Shown here: in pieces, positions 55,438 through 64,000 of the stretch
How the letters are laid out: every line of letters begins with the position of its first letter
Numbering within the stretch: the first letter of the stretch is position 1
Assembly (NCBI RefSeq): GCF_000737315.1
Contig: NZ_JMCB01000024.1
Coordinates: 62,001 to 126,000 of the forward strand
Source: Hyalangium minutum
GTDB taxonomy: Bacteria > Myxococcota > Myxococcia > Myxococcales > Myxococcaceae
DNA: 64,000 nucleotides
Direction: 5' to 3'
The notes under the pieces: generated by a model
What the model was told of the DNA's origin: nothing
Databases searched by the model: none
Seen by the model: only the letters and a program-made list of their open reading frames with translations
Made by a program: the position numbers and the translations under genes

Positions 55438-56763
55438 TCAGGAACGCCGCCCGAGGAACTGTGGATCGCTCCAGTCCCACAGCCGCTCGGGGTGGAAGTC
55501 CAGGTCCACCGGGGTGCTGTTCCACTGGTACACCTTGCGCGAGCTGGCACCGTGGATGTGGATGGCCAGGCTCACCAGCGCCAGCACCGCGAAGGTGGCC
55601 GTGAGCGGACGCCGCGCCCGCTCTCCGCTCCAACCCAGCTCGCGCACCACCGGCACCAGGAAGAAGAAGAGGTAGGGCACCATGTCCGTGAAGAAGCGCG
55701 GCCCATACGAGTGCCCTGCCCACCAGTGCGGAAAGGAGGAGATGGCCAGCCAGTGGAGGACGAAGGCCCCCAGCAGGAAGCCGTGCAGCCGCGTGAAGGT
55801 GCCCGCCCGGCGCTCCAGCACCAGCCCCCAGAAGCTCAGCAGCACCAGCGGCGTGAACACCAACAGCCCACGGGCCGGCGAGACGAGGTTGCCCGCGAGC
55901 GCCTCGGCGAAGAGCGCCAGGTTCGTCTCCAGCCGCTGCGAGTCGTAGTACGGCGCCAGCACCGAGCCGTAGTGGGCCAGGTTCAGCGCGCACCATGGCA
56001 CCGCCACCACCAGGGCCCCCGTGCAGAACTTCACCGCCTGCCGCGGGTGCGTCCACAGCACGTACACGGACAGCAGCAGCACGGATACCCCGTTGGTGGG
56101 CCGCATGACGTACGACAGCGCGAGCGGCAGCCCCGCCCACCCCGCATAGCGCGGCTCCGCCCGCGCCTTCACCAGGCACAGCAGCACCCACGACAGGCAC
56201 AGCATGGAGGGCCCGTGCTGCCACAGGGCTCGGCTCGCCGTGGACAGCGCCGGTGTGCAGAAGACAAAGGCTGTGGAGAGCAGCAGCGCCCGGGGACGCG
56301 ACAGCGTCTGTCTCCCCAGCGCGTACATCACCACCCCCGCCAGCGCTACCATCACCGAGGCGAACAAGCGCTGCGGATCATTCCAGTCCTCCAGCGGCAG
56401 CGCTCCCGTGGCGTCGTAGAGGGCCCGCCAGCGCGCCACCGGACGAGAGAAGGAAGGATGTACGTGGCCCAGGGGCTCGGCCAGGCGCGCGGCCCCGTCC
56501 GTGAGCGCTACCAGCGGTAGCGCCGCCAGCGAGGGCCCCAAGGGGAAGAAGTTGTAGAGGTGCCCCTCCCGCTCGTAGAGCCCGTGGCGGTACGTCTCGA
56601 AGGTGGGCGCGTACTCGTCCAGGTTGATGTTCCCCTCGCGCAGCAGGGAGACCGTGGTCGGCAGCGTCAGCTTCGAATCGAACGGCGTGTTGACGGGGAA
56701 GAGCGCCAGCAGCGTCAAGTAGACCGCGAACAGCAGCGCCCGCTCCCGGAGGATTGGCAGCAT
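55438..56763 (-). CDS. Polytopic membrane GT-C-type glycosyltransferase
   Basis: About 10 TM; first-loop Asp (PFDSK), TASRALWQH, YVMRPTN, GNLVSPARGL..FTP, WWAGHSYGPRF. Confidence 0.7.
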   Translation of the reverse strand: MLPILRERALLFAVYLTLLALFPVNTPFDSKLTLPTTVSLLREGNINLDEYAPTFETYRHGLYEREGHLYNFFPLGPSLAALPLVALTDGAARLAEPLGHVHPSFSRPVARWRALYDATGALPLEDWNDPQRLFASVMVALAGVVMYALGRQTLSRPRALLLSTAFVFCTPALSTASRALWQHGPSMLCLSWVLLCLVKARAEPRYAGWAGLPLALSYVMRPTNGVSVLLLSVYVLWTHPRQAVKFCTGALVVAVPWCALNLAHYGSVLAPYYDSQRLETNLALFAEALAGNLVSPARGLLVFTPLVLLSFWGLVLERRAGTFTRLHGFLLGAFVLHWLAISSFPHWWAGHSYGPRFFTDMVPYLFFFLVPVVRELGWSGERARRPLTATFAVLALVSLAIHIHGASSRKVYQWNSTPVDLDFHPERLWDWSDPQFLGRRS

Positions 56764-56828
56764 GGCGGAGCCACATTATCCCGCCCGCCATGTTCCAGAA
56801 GAAGTTCATCCCGAGTACCGTGGCGCGG

Positions 56829-57827
56829 ATGGAATCACAGCGCCTCGCGCCGGAGCAGCAGGCCTGGTTGGCTGAAAACCTCACGCGAGGCGTCCCTCCG
56901 GCGCTCCTGACGGAGCGTCTGGTTCAGGAGGGCGTGGAGTCCGCCACGGCACGGGCGGCGGTAGAGGCCACCCGTCATCACCCAGCGGTGGTGGCGGCCA
57001 CGCGTGTCACCCAGCGGCAGGGCGAGCTGCGCGCATTGTTCGAGACGTACGCCGCGCTGCACCGCCAGTCCGGGTGGAACCAGCGCCTGGAGCGCCGGGC
57101 GGACCTCTCCGCGAGCGAGTTCTTCGAGCGCTACTACTACGCACACCGGCCCGTCATCCTCCAGGGACGGATGAAGGACTGGCCCGCCATGGACAGCTGG
57201 CGTCCCGAGCGCTTAGCCGAGCGTTTTGGGGACATTCCGGTGGAGGTGATGGCCGGCCGGGAGAGCGATCCGAGCCACGACATCGCCCCTGAGCGCTTTC
57301 GCTCGGTGATGCCCCTGCGAGACTTCATTCAGCGGCTGCTGAGCGGCGGTCCCACCAATGATCTCTACCTCACCGCGCGCAACTTCGCCCTGGAGCGGCC
57401 GGAGCTGCGCGTCATGTTCGAGGATCTGCGCCCGCTCGAAGGGCTCTTGCGCCCAGTCCGCGACCGGACCGTGAAGCTCTGGGTGGGCCCCGCGGGGACC
57501 CTCACCTCTCTGCATCACGATCTGTCCAACGTCCTGTTCGCCCAGGTTCACGGGCGGAAGCACTTCAAGCTCATCCCGTCCTTCGAGCTCCACTGTCTCT
57601 ACAATCACCACGGCGTCTGGAGCGAGGTGGACGCCACACGCCCCGACTTCGAGCGGTTCCCCGCCTACCGCGATGTGGATCTGGTGGAGGCCGTGCTCGA
57701 ACCGGGAGAGCTGCTCTTCATCCCGGTGGGCTGGTGGCACTGGGTCCACGCTCTCGACGTGAGCGTGTCGGTGTCGTTCCAGACGTTCGAGGTTCCGGGC
57801 GGTAACACGCCCTGGCGGCTGTTGTGA
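56829..57827 (+). CDS. JmjC/cupin_8 Fe(II)/2OG hydroxylase, paralogue 1
   Basis: YY..RPVIL, WPAM..W, LWVGPAGT.TSLHHD (HxD), KHFKL, PVGWWHWV (His). Start is 56829 or 56790. Confidence 0.88.
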   Translation: MESQRLAPEQQAWLAENLTRGVPPALLTERLVQEGVESATARAAVEATRHHPAVVAATRVTQRQGELRALFETYAALHRQSGWNQRLERRADLSASEFFERYYYAHRPVILQGRMKDWPAMDSWRPERLAERFGDIPVEVMAGRESDPSHDIAPERFRSVMPLRDFIQRLLSGGPTNDLYLTARNFALERPELRVMFEDLRPLEGLLRPVRDRTVKLWVGPAGTLTSLHHDLSNVLFAQVHGRKHFKLIPSFELHCLYNHHGVWSEVDATRPDFERFPAYRDVDLVEAVLEPGELLFIPVGWWHWVHALDVSVSVSFQTFEVPGGNTPWRLL

Positions 57828-57834
57828 GCGTCCC

Positions 57835-58002
57835 TCAGCGCGCGAGCGGCGGCTTGGAGGGCGGAGCGGTCGGCTTGCGCTGGGTGCGCTCGAACGTCTC
57901 CTCGCCGGGGTTCGGCGAAGGATTCGGGACGATGAACGGATTCGGGACGATCATCCAGTTGTTCCGGCCCTGCTTCGACGACGCATCACCGTTGCTCGAC
58001 AT
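57835..58002 (-). CDS. 55-aa peptide with tandem IVPNP/SPNP repeats (candidate precursor/substrate peptide)
   Basis: GAGGA RBS; strongly GC3-biased codons; fills the gap between JmjC genes; 14-nt direct repeat at 18-nt period (57920-57951). Confidence 0.65.
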   Translation of the reverse strand: MSSNGDASSKQGRNNWMIVPNPFIVPNPSPNPGEETFERTQRKPTAPPSKPPLAR

Positions 58003-58049
58003 GAAGTCCTCGCTTCGAAAGCCGCTCCTCCTCATATCATATCCGCGCC

Positions 58050-59090
58050 ATGCCGGTGCGTGAGTGGATCGCCGAGAACCTCGCCCTGGGCGTCCCCCGG
58101 GAGGCGTTGCTCTCCTCGCTGGTCCAGGGGGGCTTGGCGCCTGAGGTAGCGCGCGCGGAGTTGGAAGCCGCCGCGGCCCACCCCGCGGTGCGCGGGGCCT
58201 CGCGTCACCTCGCGCGCCGGGCGCACCTGAGAGCCCTCCTGGACACCTACAGCGCGCTCTACCGGCAGTCCCAAGCGGGACAGGGTGTCGAGCGCCGAGC
58301 CCAGCTCGCCCCCGCCGAGTTCTTCGAGCGCTACTACTTCCAGAATCGGCCCGTGGTCATCGAAGGACTGCTCGAGGACTGGCCAGCGCTGCGGCGCTGG
58401 TCGCCCGGGTTCTTCGCGGACCGCTTCGGAGACGCGCAGGTCGAGGTGATGGCCGGGCGGGATGCGGAGGCCCAGCCGGATCTCCACGTCTCCCGCCTGA
58501 GGACCTCCCTGTCGATGCGCGAGTACGCCGCGCGGATCGAAGCCACCCAAGAGTCGAACGACATCTACATGGTGGCGCGTAACAGCCTGCTGAAGCGCGA
58601 GGCGTTCCAGCCCTTGCTGGAGGACATCCGAGCGCCGAAGGGCTTCATCCGTCCCGACATCCACGTCCCCGACAGCGTCCACCTGTGGTTCGGCCCGGCG
58701 GGAACCTGGGCCGCCCTGCATCACGACCACCTCAACGTGCTCTTCTGCCAGGTGCTCGGACGCAAGCGCTTCCGGCTCATCCCCTCCTTCGAGTTGCCTC
58801 GCGCCTACAACCACCAGGGGCTGTACAGCGCCGTGGATCCCCGGACGCCGGATCCCGCACGCTTCCCCGAGTTCCAGCACGCCACGGTGCTGGACTTCGT
58901 GGTGGGCCCGGGCGATGCGCTGTTGATTCCCGTGGGGTGGTGGCATGCCGTGCACGCCCTGGATGTGAGCATCTCCGTGACGTTCGTGAGCTTTGATTTG
59001 CCCGAGCGGAACACGTACTGGCGCAACTGCTGGATCGGCCCGGACCCGGACAGCGAGGGCGCGGCCATGAGAAAGGTGGAGACTCCATGA
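58050..59090 (+). CDS. JmjC/cupin_8 Fe(II)/2OG hydroxylase, paralogue 2
   Basis: LWFGPAGTWAALHHD, KRFRL, PVGWWHAV; shares the N-terminal W.xENL..G helical domain. Confidence 0.88.
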   Translation: MPVREWIAENLALGVPREALLSSLVQGGLAPEVARAELEAAAAHPAVRGASRHLARRAHLRALLDTYSALYRQSQAGQGVERRAQLAPAEFFERYYFQNRPVVIEGLLEDWPALRRWSPGFFADRFGDAQVEVMAGRDAEAQPDLHVSRLRTSLSMREYAARIEATQESNDIYMVARNSLLKREAFQPLLEDIRAPKGFIRPDIHVPDSVHLWFGPAGTWAALHHDHLNVLFCQVLGRKRFRLIPSFELPRAYNHQGLYSAVDPRTPDPARFPEFQHATVLDFVVGPGDALLIPVGWWHAVHALDVSISVTFVSFDLPERNTYWRNCWIGPDPDSEGAAMRKVETP

Positions 59091-60010
59091 CCCAGGACTC
59101 GGGCAAAGACCCTTCCGCGCTCTCCGCCGAGTGGAGGGAGTGGCTCGTCGAGAACCTGCTGCTCGGGGTGGAGGCGGAGGAGCTGGTGGAGGTGTTGGTG
59201 AAGGGCGGGGTGGACGCGGAGCTGGCTCGCTCGGCCCTGCTGGCCGAGACGCAGGATCCTCACTTCCAGGGCGTCGTGCGGGTGGCCCAGATGCAGCGGA
59301 AGATGGAGACGCTCCTGGACGTCTACGCGGAGTTCTTCCGGCAGGCGGGCGCGCACCAGCAGGTGGACCGCCACGTGGCACTGCCCGCAGAGGCTTTCTT
59401 CGAGCGCTACTACTTTCGCAACCGGCCGGTGGTGATCCAGGGCGCGCTCACGGAGTGGACGGCACGGGGCGGGTGGACACTGGCCCGCATCACCGAGCAG
59501 CTCGGCCCGGTGGCTCGCCCGGGAGAGCCCCTCTCCGTGTCCTTGCTGGAGCGCGCGGAATGGAAGCCGCTGCTGGAGGAGCTCCACCCTCCTCGCGGAT
59601 ACGCCGCCGAGGACCTTCAGGCCAGCGCTCCGCGGCTCTGGCTCGAGCCCGCTGGGGCAGAGCTCCCCTTGGGCCCGCTGCGGAAGAACCTGCTGCGCTG
59701 TCAGCTCTCGGGAAGGAGTGTCCTGCAGCTCGTCCCCTCGTTCGAGCTCCATCGCATCACACGGGAAGAGGCGGGGGGCAGCACCGAGCAGGAGGGAGCC
59801 GCGCCTCCCACCCCCGCGCTGCGACTGACGGTGGAACTGGCGGCGGGCGAGTTGCTGCTACTCCCCGTGGGGTGGTGGTACCGCCTCCATGCGCCGGAGG
59901 ACAGCCTCGCGGTGACCTTCGAGGGGTTCGCTCTCCGTGAACCCAACACCGTCTGGAAGGAGCCTGCCTCGGAGACAGCGCCCTCGGGCCCTCCACCGAG
60001 AGTGCGCTAA
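59087..60010 (+). CDS. Degenerate JmjC paralogue 3 lacking metal ligands
   Basis: Same N-terminal domain and RYYFRNRPVV, but LPLGP replaces LHHD and PVGWWYRL replaces PVGWWH; ATGA-coupled to paralogue 2. Confidence 0.75.
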   Translation: MTQDSGKDPSALSAEWREWLVENLLLGVEAEELVEVLVKGGVDAELARSALLAETQDPHFQGVVRVAQMQRKMETLLDVYAEFFRQAGAHQQVDRHVALPAEAFFERYYFRNRPVVIQGALTEWTARGGWTLARITEQLGPVARPGEPLSVSLLERAEWKPLLEELHPPRGYAAEDLQASAPRLWLEPAGAELPLGPLRKNLLRCQLSGRSVLQLVPSFELHRITREEAGGSTEQEGAAPPTPALRLTVELAAGELLLLPVGWWYRLHAPEDSLAVTFEGFALREPNTVWKEPASETAPSGPPPRVR

Positions 60011-60169
60011 GGCTTCTTCTCGGCCTCTAGAGACGGAGCCCGGCGGGGGTCAAGGCACCCAAGCAAGCGTCGCTCCGGGGTCCCCACGCGGACATGCGTA
60101 TGCCGGGCGAGCCTCTGCTTTACTGGGCACACCGCCAGGGCGACGGCTATGCCCGCCCAGAGGCCCGTC

Positions 60170-63100
60170 ATGATCACCATCCCAGGCTACACCCTTCTTG
60201 GAGCCATCAAGTCGACTGGCGCCAACCTGCTGTTCCACGCCGTCCGCGACTCGGACGGCCTGCCTCTGATCTTGAAAACCCCGGTGGCACCCTCGCCCGG
60301 CCCCCGGGAGCGCGAGCGGTACCGCCGCGAGTTCGGCATCCTGCAGCGGCTCCGGGACGTGCGGGGGGTGACCCACGTCCACACCTGCGAGCAGATCCAG
60401 GATCGTCCAGTGCTCTTGCTCGAGGAGGTCGAGGGTGCCCCCCTGTCCGAGCACACCGGCAAGCCGCTCGAGGTGCTGCGCGCCCTGGAGCTGAGCATTG
60501 CCCTGGCCTCGACGCTCGCAGAGCTCCACCGCCGCGGCATTGTCCACAAGGACCTGAAGCCCTCCAACGTCATCCTCACGCCCAAGGGCGAGACGCGCCT
60601 CATCGACTTCGGCAGCGCCAGCCTTCAGCTCGTGGAGCACGTGGATGCGCTACAGGGCACCCTCGTCGAGGGCACCCTGCCGTACATGTCCCCGGAGCAA
60701 ACCGGGCGCATGAACCGCTCGGTGGACTACCGGACGGACCTGTACTCGCTGGGCATCACCCTCTACGAGCTGCTCACCGGCAGCCGCCCCTTCCACGGGC
60801 GCGACGTGCTGGAGTGGTTCCACGCGCACATGGCGCTGGCGCCACAGCCGCTCACCGAGCGGGTCCCCGGCCTGCCGCCCGTGCTGTCCGCCATCGTCCT
60901 GAAGCTGCTGGCCAAGGTGGCCGAGGAGCGCTACCAGAGCGCCGAAGGACTGAAGGCCGACCTGGAGCGGTGCCAGGACACCCTGAGCCGGGGCCAGCGG
61001 GAGGACTTCCTTCCCGGACTCCACGACTACCCGACGCGCTTCCAGCTGCCGCAGCGGCTCTATGGAAGGGACGCGCAGGCCGCCACGTTGCGCCAGCGCC
61101 TCGAGCGCATCGCCGTCGAGGGCCGGCCCGAGCTGGTCCTCGTGAGCGGATACTCGGGCATCGGGAAGTCCGCGGTGGTGCATGAGCTGCACAAGCCGGT
61201 GGTGCGCCAGCGCGGCTTCTTCCTCAGCGGCAAGTTCGACCAGTTCCAGCAGGACATCCCCTACTCCACCCTGGCCCAGGCCATCCGGGGTCTGACGCAG
61301 CAACTGCTCACGGGCACGGACTCGGAGCTCCTCCGGTGGTCGGAGTATCTGCACGAGGCCTGGGAGGGACAGGGGCAGATGTTGGTGGACATCGTGCCCC
61401 AGCTCGAGCTCGTCGCCGGCCCGCAGCCCACGCTCCCGGAGATGCCGGCCTCCGAGGCGCAAAACCGCTTCAACCGCATGTTCCGCCGGTTCCTCGGCGT
61501 CTTCGCCACCCCCGAGCACCCGCTGGTCCTCTTCCTGGACGACTTGCAGTGGGCGGACATGGCCACCCTCCAGCTGCTCCAGCACCTGCTCACCCACACC
61601 GAGACGCCGCCCATGCTGGTGATCGGTGCCTACCGCGACAATGAGGTGAGCCCCTCACACCCGCTGGCGCTCACGCTCGTGGAGCTGCGGAAAGCCGGGG
61701 CGCGGATGACGGACCTGCGGCTGGAGCCGCTGAGCTTCGAGGACGTTCAGCAGCTCGTGGCCGACACCCTGCCCGGCGCGGGCCTGGCGGTGGTCGAGCC
61801 ATTGGCGGCGCTGGCCCGGGCGAAGACAGGCGGCAACCCTTTCTTCCTCCTCCAGTTCCTGCTCACGCTCAACCAGGACGGCCTGCTGGTGCGCACGCCC
61901 GATGGCACCTGGCGCTGGAATGCCGAGGCCGTCCGCGCCAAGGGCTACTCCGACAACGTCGTAGACTTCATGGTGGGCAAGCTGCGCCAGCTGCCCACGG
62001 ACACGCAGCACCTGCTGCGGCTGGCAGCCTGTGTGGGCAACGCCTTCCCGCTGCGCATCCTCCTCCTCATCTCCGGCTTGGAGGACTCGGGGCAGGTGGA
62101 GCATCGGCTCGAGCCCGCGCTCCAGGAGGGCCTGGTGGCGCTCACCGGCTCGGAGAACTACCGCTTCCTCCACGACCGCATCCAGCAAGCGGCCCACGCC
62201 CTCATTCCCCTGGAGGAGCGCAAGGCCGTGCACCTGCGCATTGGCCGCCTGCTGCTGGCCAGCCTGTCTCCCGAGGAACTCCAGGAGCGGCTCTTCGACG
62301 TGGTGGGCCAGCTCAACGCCGGAGCGGAGCTGCTGACGGACCCGGCGGAGCGCCACCGCGTCGCAGGCCTGAACGCGGGCGCGGGCGCCAAAGCCCAGGC
62401 CTCCACCGCGTTCCGCTCGGCGGCGGCCTACTTCGCGGTGGCCTTCCAGCTCATCCCCAAGGACCCTTGGGAGGTAGACCCCACGCTGGCCTTCAAGGTC
62501 CGGCTGGATCAGGCGCGTTGCGAGTCCATGCTCGGCCATGCCACCGAGGCGCTCCGTCTGGTGGAGCAGCTGCGGCCTCACGCGCGCACGCGGCTCCAGC
62601 TCTCGGCGCTCTACCGCCTCAAGAGCGAGCTCCACATGGCCCGGGGCCAGGTCCATGCCGCCCGCGACAGCCTCCTGGAGTGCCTGTCGCTGCTGGGCAT
62701 GCCCATGCCCGCGCACCCCTCCTGGGAAGAGGTGGTGGCGGCCAATGAGGAAGTCTGGGCACTGATGGGCAGCCGCTCCGTCGACAGCCTGATCCATCTG
62801 CCGCGGATGAACGACCCGGACATGGACGCGGTGATGAGCGTGTTCCCCGCCATGTACGCGCCGGCGCTCCTCACGGACAACAACCTGCTCATCCTTCACG
62901 TCTGCCGGCTCGTCTCGCTCAGCCTCCGGCATGGCAACTCGGCCGCCTCCATCTACGGCTACTCCACCTATGGACTGGTGGTGGGCCACGCCTTCGGGCG
63001 CTACCACGAAGGGTACGCCTTCGCTCAGCTCTCCCTGGCCCTCGTCGAGCGCTACGCGGATCTGGCGCCCTGCCGGCTGCAGGCGACCTACAGCTTGGGG

Positions 63101-64000
63101 CCCATCAGCTATTGGACCCAGCCGCTCGCCCTCTCGATCGATCTGTTCCGGCAGGCCTTCCAGCAGGCGCTTCAGGCCAGCGACGTCCAGCTCGCCTGCT
63201 ACTGCTGTGATCAGCTCGTCACGGTCCGCCTCTCGCTCGGGCACGAGCTGGAGGAGGTCTACCAGGAGTCCGTGGCCCGCTTGGACTTCCTGCGCAAGGT
63301 CCGCTACCAGGAGGTGCAGGACATCGTCCAGTTCACCCAGGCCTACGTCCAGCAGCTCCGGGGGCTCACCCTCTCGTTCAACACCCTGACTTGCAATGAG
63401 TTCAACGAGGAGGCCTTCGAAGCCGCGCTGACGCCCCAGAGCATGACCTTGATGACGTGCTGGTACTGGATCATCAAGATGCAGTCGCGCTTCATGTGCG
63501 GCGACTACGAGCGGGCGCTCCAAGCGGGAGACAAGGCCGCCAGCCTGCTGTGGAGCTCCATGGGCTTCATCGAGATGGTGGACCTCCACCTCTTCCGCGC
63601 CCTGAGCCTGGCGGCCCACTTCCCTGAAATGGGCGCCGAAGCACGGGCGGCGGCCCTCGAGCAGCTCCGCAAGCACCACCGGCAGATGGCGGAGTGGGCG
63701 AGCAACTCCCCCCCGAACTTCCGCGCGCCCGAGCGGCTGGCCTTCGCGGAGCTGTCGCGCGTCGCGGGCGATGAGGACGCGGCATTGCTCGCGTACGACG
63801 AGGCGCTCCAGGCCGCCCGCGAGTACGGCTACATCCAATACGCGGCCATGGCCAGCGAGCTCGCCGCCCGCTTCTGGTTCAAGCGGCGCGTGCCCACCAT
63901 TGCCGAGACCTACGCGCGCAAGGCCCTCGAGGCGTACCTGCGCTGGGGCGCGGGCGGGAAGGCGCAGCAGCTGGCCGCGCAGTGGCCTCACGTCGCCGCG
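60170..64000 (+). CDS. Multidomain Ser/Thr kinase - AAA ATPase sensor protein, 3'-truncated by the window edge
   Basis: Not in the ORF track (no stop in the window). Read from ATG 60170: HKDLKPSN, DFG, GTLPYMSPEQ, Walker A GYSGIGKS, Walker B FLDDLQWAD, and WGA.GKAQQL near the end. Confidence 0.92.
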   Translation, partial: MITIPGYTLLGAIKSTGANLLFHAVRDSDGLPLILKTPVAPSPGPRERERYRREFGILQRLRDVRGVTHVHTCEQIQDRPVLLLEEVEGAPLSEHTGKPLEVLRALELSIALASTLAELHRRGIVHKDLKPSNVILTPKGETRLIDFGSASLQLVEHVDALQGTLVEGTLPYMSPEQTGRMNRSVDYRTDLYSLGITLYELLTGSRPFHGRDVLEWFHAHMALAPQPLTERVPGLPPVLSAIVLKLLAKVAEERYQSAEGLKADLERCQDTLSRGQREDFLPGLHDYPTRFQLPQRLYGRDAQAATLRQRLERIAVEGRPELVLVSGYSGIGKSAVVHELHKPVVRQRGFFLSGKFDQFQQDIPYSTLAQAIRGLTQQLLTGTDSELLRWSEYLHEAWEGQGQMLVDIVPQLELVAGPQPTLPEMPASEAQNRFNRMFRRFLGVFATPEHPLVLFLDDLQWADMATLQLLQHLLTHTETPPMLVIGAYRDNEVSPSHPLALTLVELRKAGARMTDLRLEPLSFEDVQQLVADTLPGAGLAVVEPLAALARAKTGGNPFFLLQFLLTLNQDGLLVRTPDGTWRWNAEAVRAKGYSDNVVDFMVGKLRQLPTDTQHLLRLAACVGNAFPLRILLLISGLEDSGQVEHRLEPALQEGLVALTGSENYRFLHDRIQQAAHALIPLEERKAVHLRIGRLLLASLSPEELQERLFDVVGQLNAGAELLTDPAERHRVAGLNAGAGAKAQASTAFRSAAAYFAVAFQLIPKDPWEVDPTLAFKVRLDQARCESMLGHATEALRLVEQLRPHARTRLQLSALYRLKSELHMARGQVHAARDSLLECLSLLGMPMPAHPSWEEVVAANEEVWALMGSRSVDSLIHLPRMNDPDMDAVMSVFPAMYAPALLTDNNLLILHVCRLVSLSLRHGNSAASIYGYSTYGLVVGHAFGRYHEGYAFAQLSLALVERYADLAPCRLQATYSLGPISYWTQPLALSIDLFRQAFQQALQASDVQLACYCCDQLVTVRLSLGHELEEVYQESVARLDFLRKVRYQEVQDIVQFTQAYVQQLRGLTLSFNTLTCNEFNEEAFEAALTPQSMTLMTCWYWIIKMQSRFMCGDYERALQAGDKAASLLWSSMGFIEMVDLHLFRALSLAAHFPEMGAEARAAALEQLRKHHRQMAEWASNSPPNFRAPERLAFAELSRVAGDEDAALLAYDEALQAAREYGYIQYAAMASELAARFWFKRRVPTIAETYARKALEAYLRWGAGGKAQQLAAQWPHVAA

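Overview
High-GC myxobacterial chromosome segment (Cystobacterineae-like, inferred from codon bias and gene families) with about 52 protein-coding genes. There is no complete rRNA, tRNA or tmRNA gene and no CRISPR array. Housekeeping and catabolic genes include an M48 protease, RsuA-family pseudouridine synthase, ThrE, LysR/MFS, CpdB, prolyl oligopeptidase, HtrA, xdhAB, an AI-2E transporter, an M49 dipeptidyl peptidase and allA. These are interleaved with accessory modules. The most notable are: (1) a five-gene minus-strand operon encoding a LodA/GoxA-type CTQ enzyme, its LodB flavoprotein, a penta-heme cytochrome c lipoprotein and two AidA/PixA-family proteins; (2) three JmjC/cupin paralogues (one lacking the metal ligands) around an unannotated 55-aa Pro-Asn-Pro-repeat peptide, next to a GT-C glycosyltransferase, a candidate new RiPP or peptide-hydroxylation system; (3) a coupled TPR membrane protein / GT-B / two radical-SAM operon; (4) a HOD/AqdC-like cofactor-free quinolone dioxygenase; (5) two tmRNA-3'-end-like att scars, with IS91 and tyrosine-integrase remnants and a repeat-flanked lipoprotein nuclease toxin/immunity pair; (6) the same triple TGAC-N2-GTCA palindrome array (21/20-nt spacing) upstream of both the lodA operon and the toxin. 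All assignments come from motif recognition by eye; no database searches were run.
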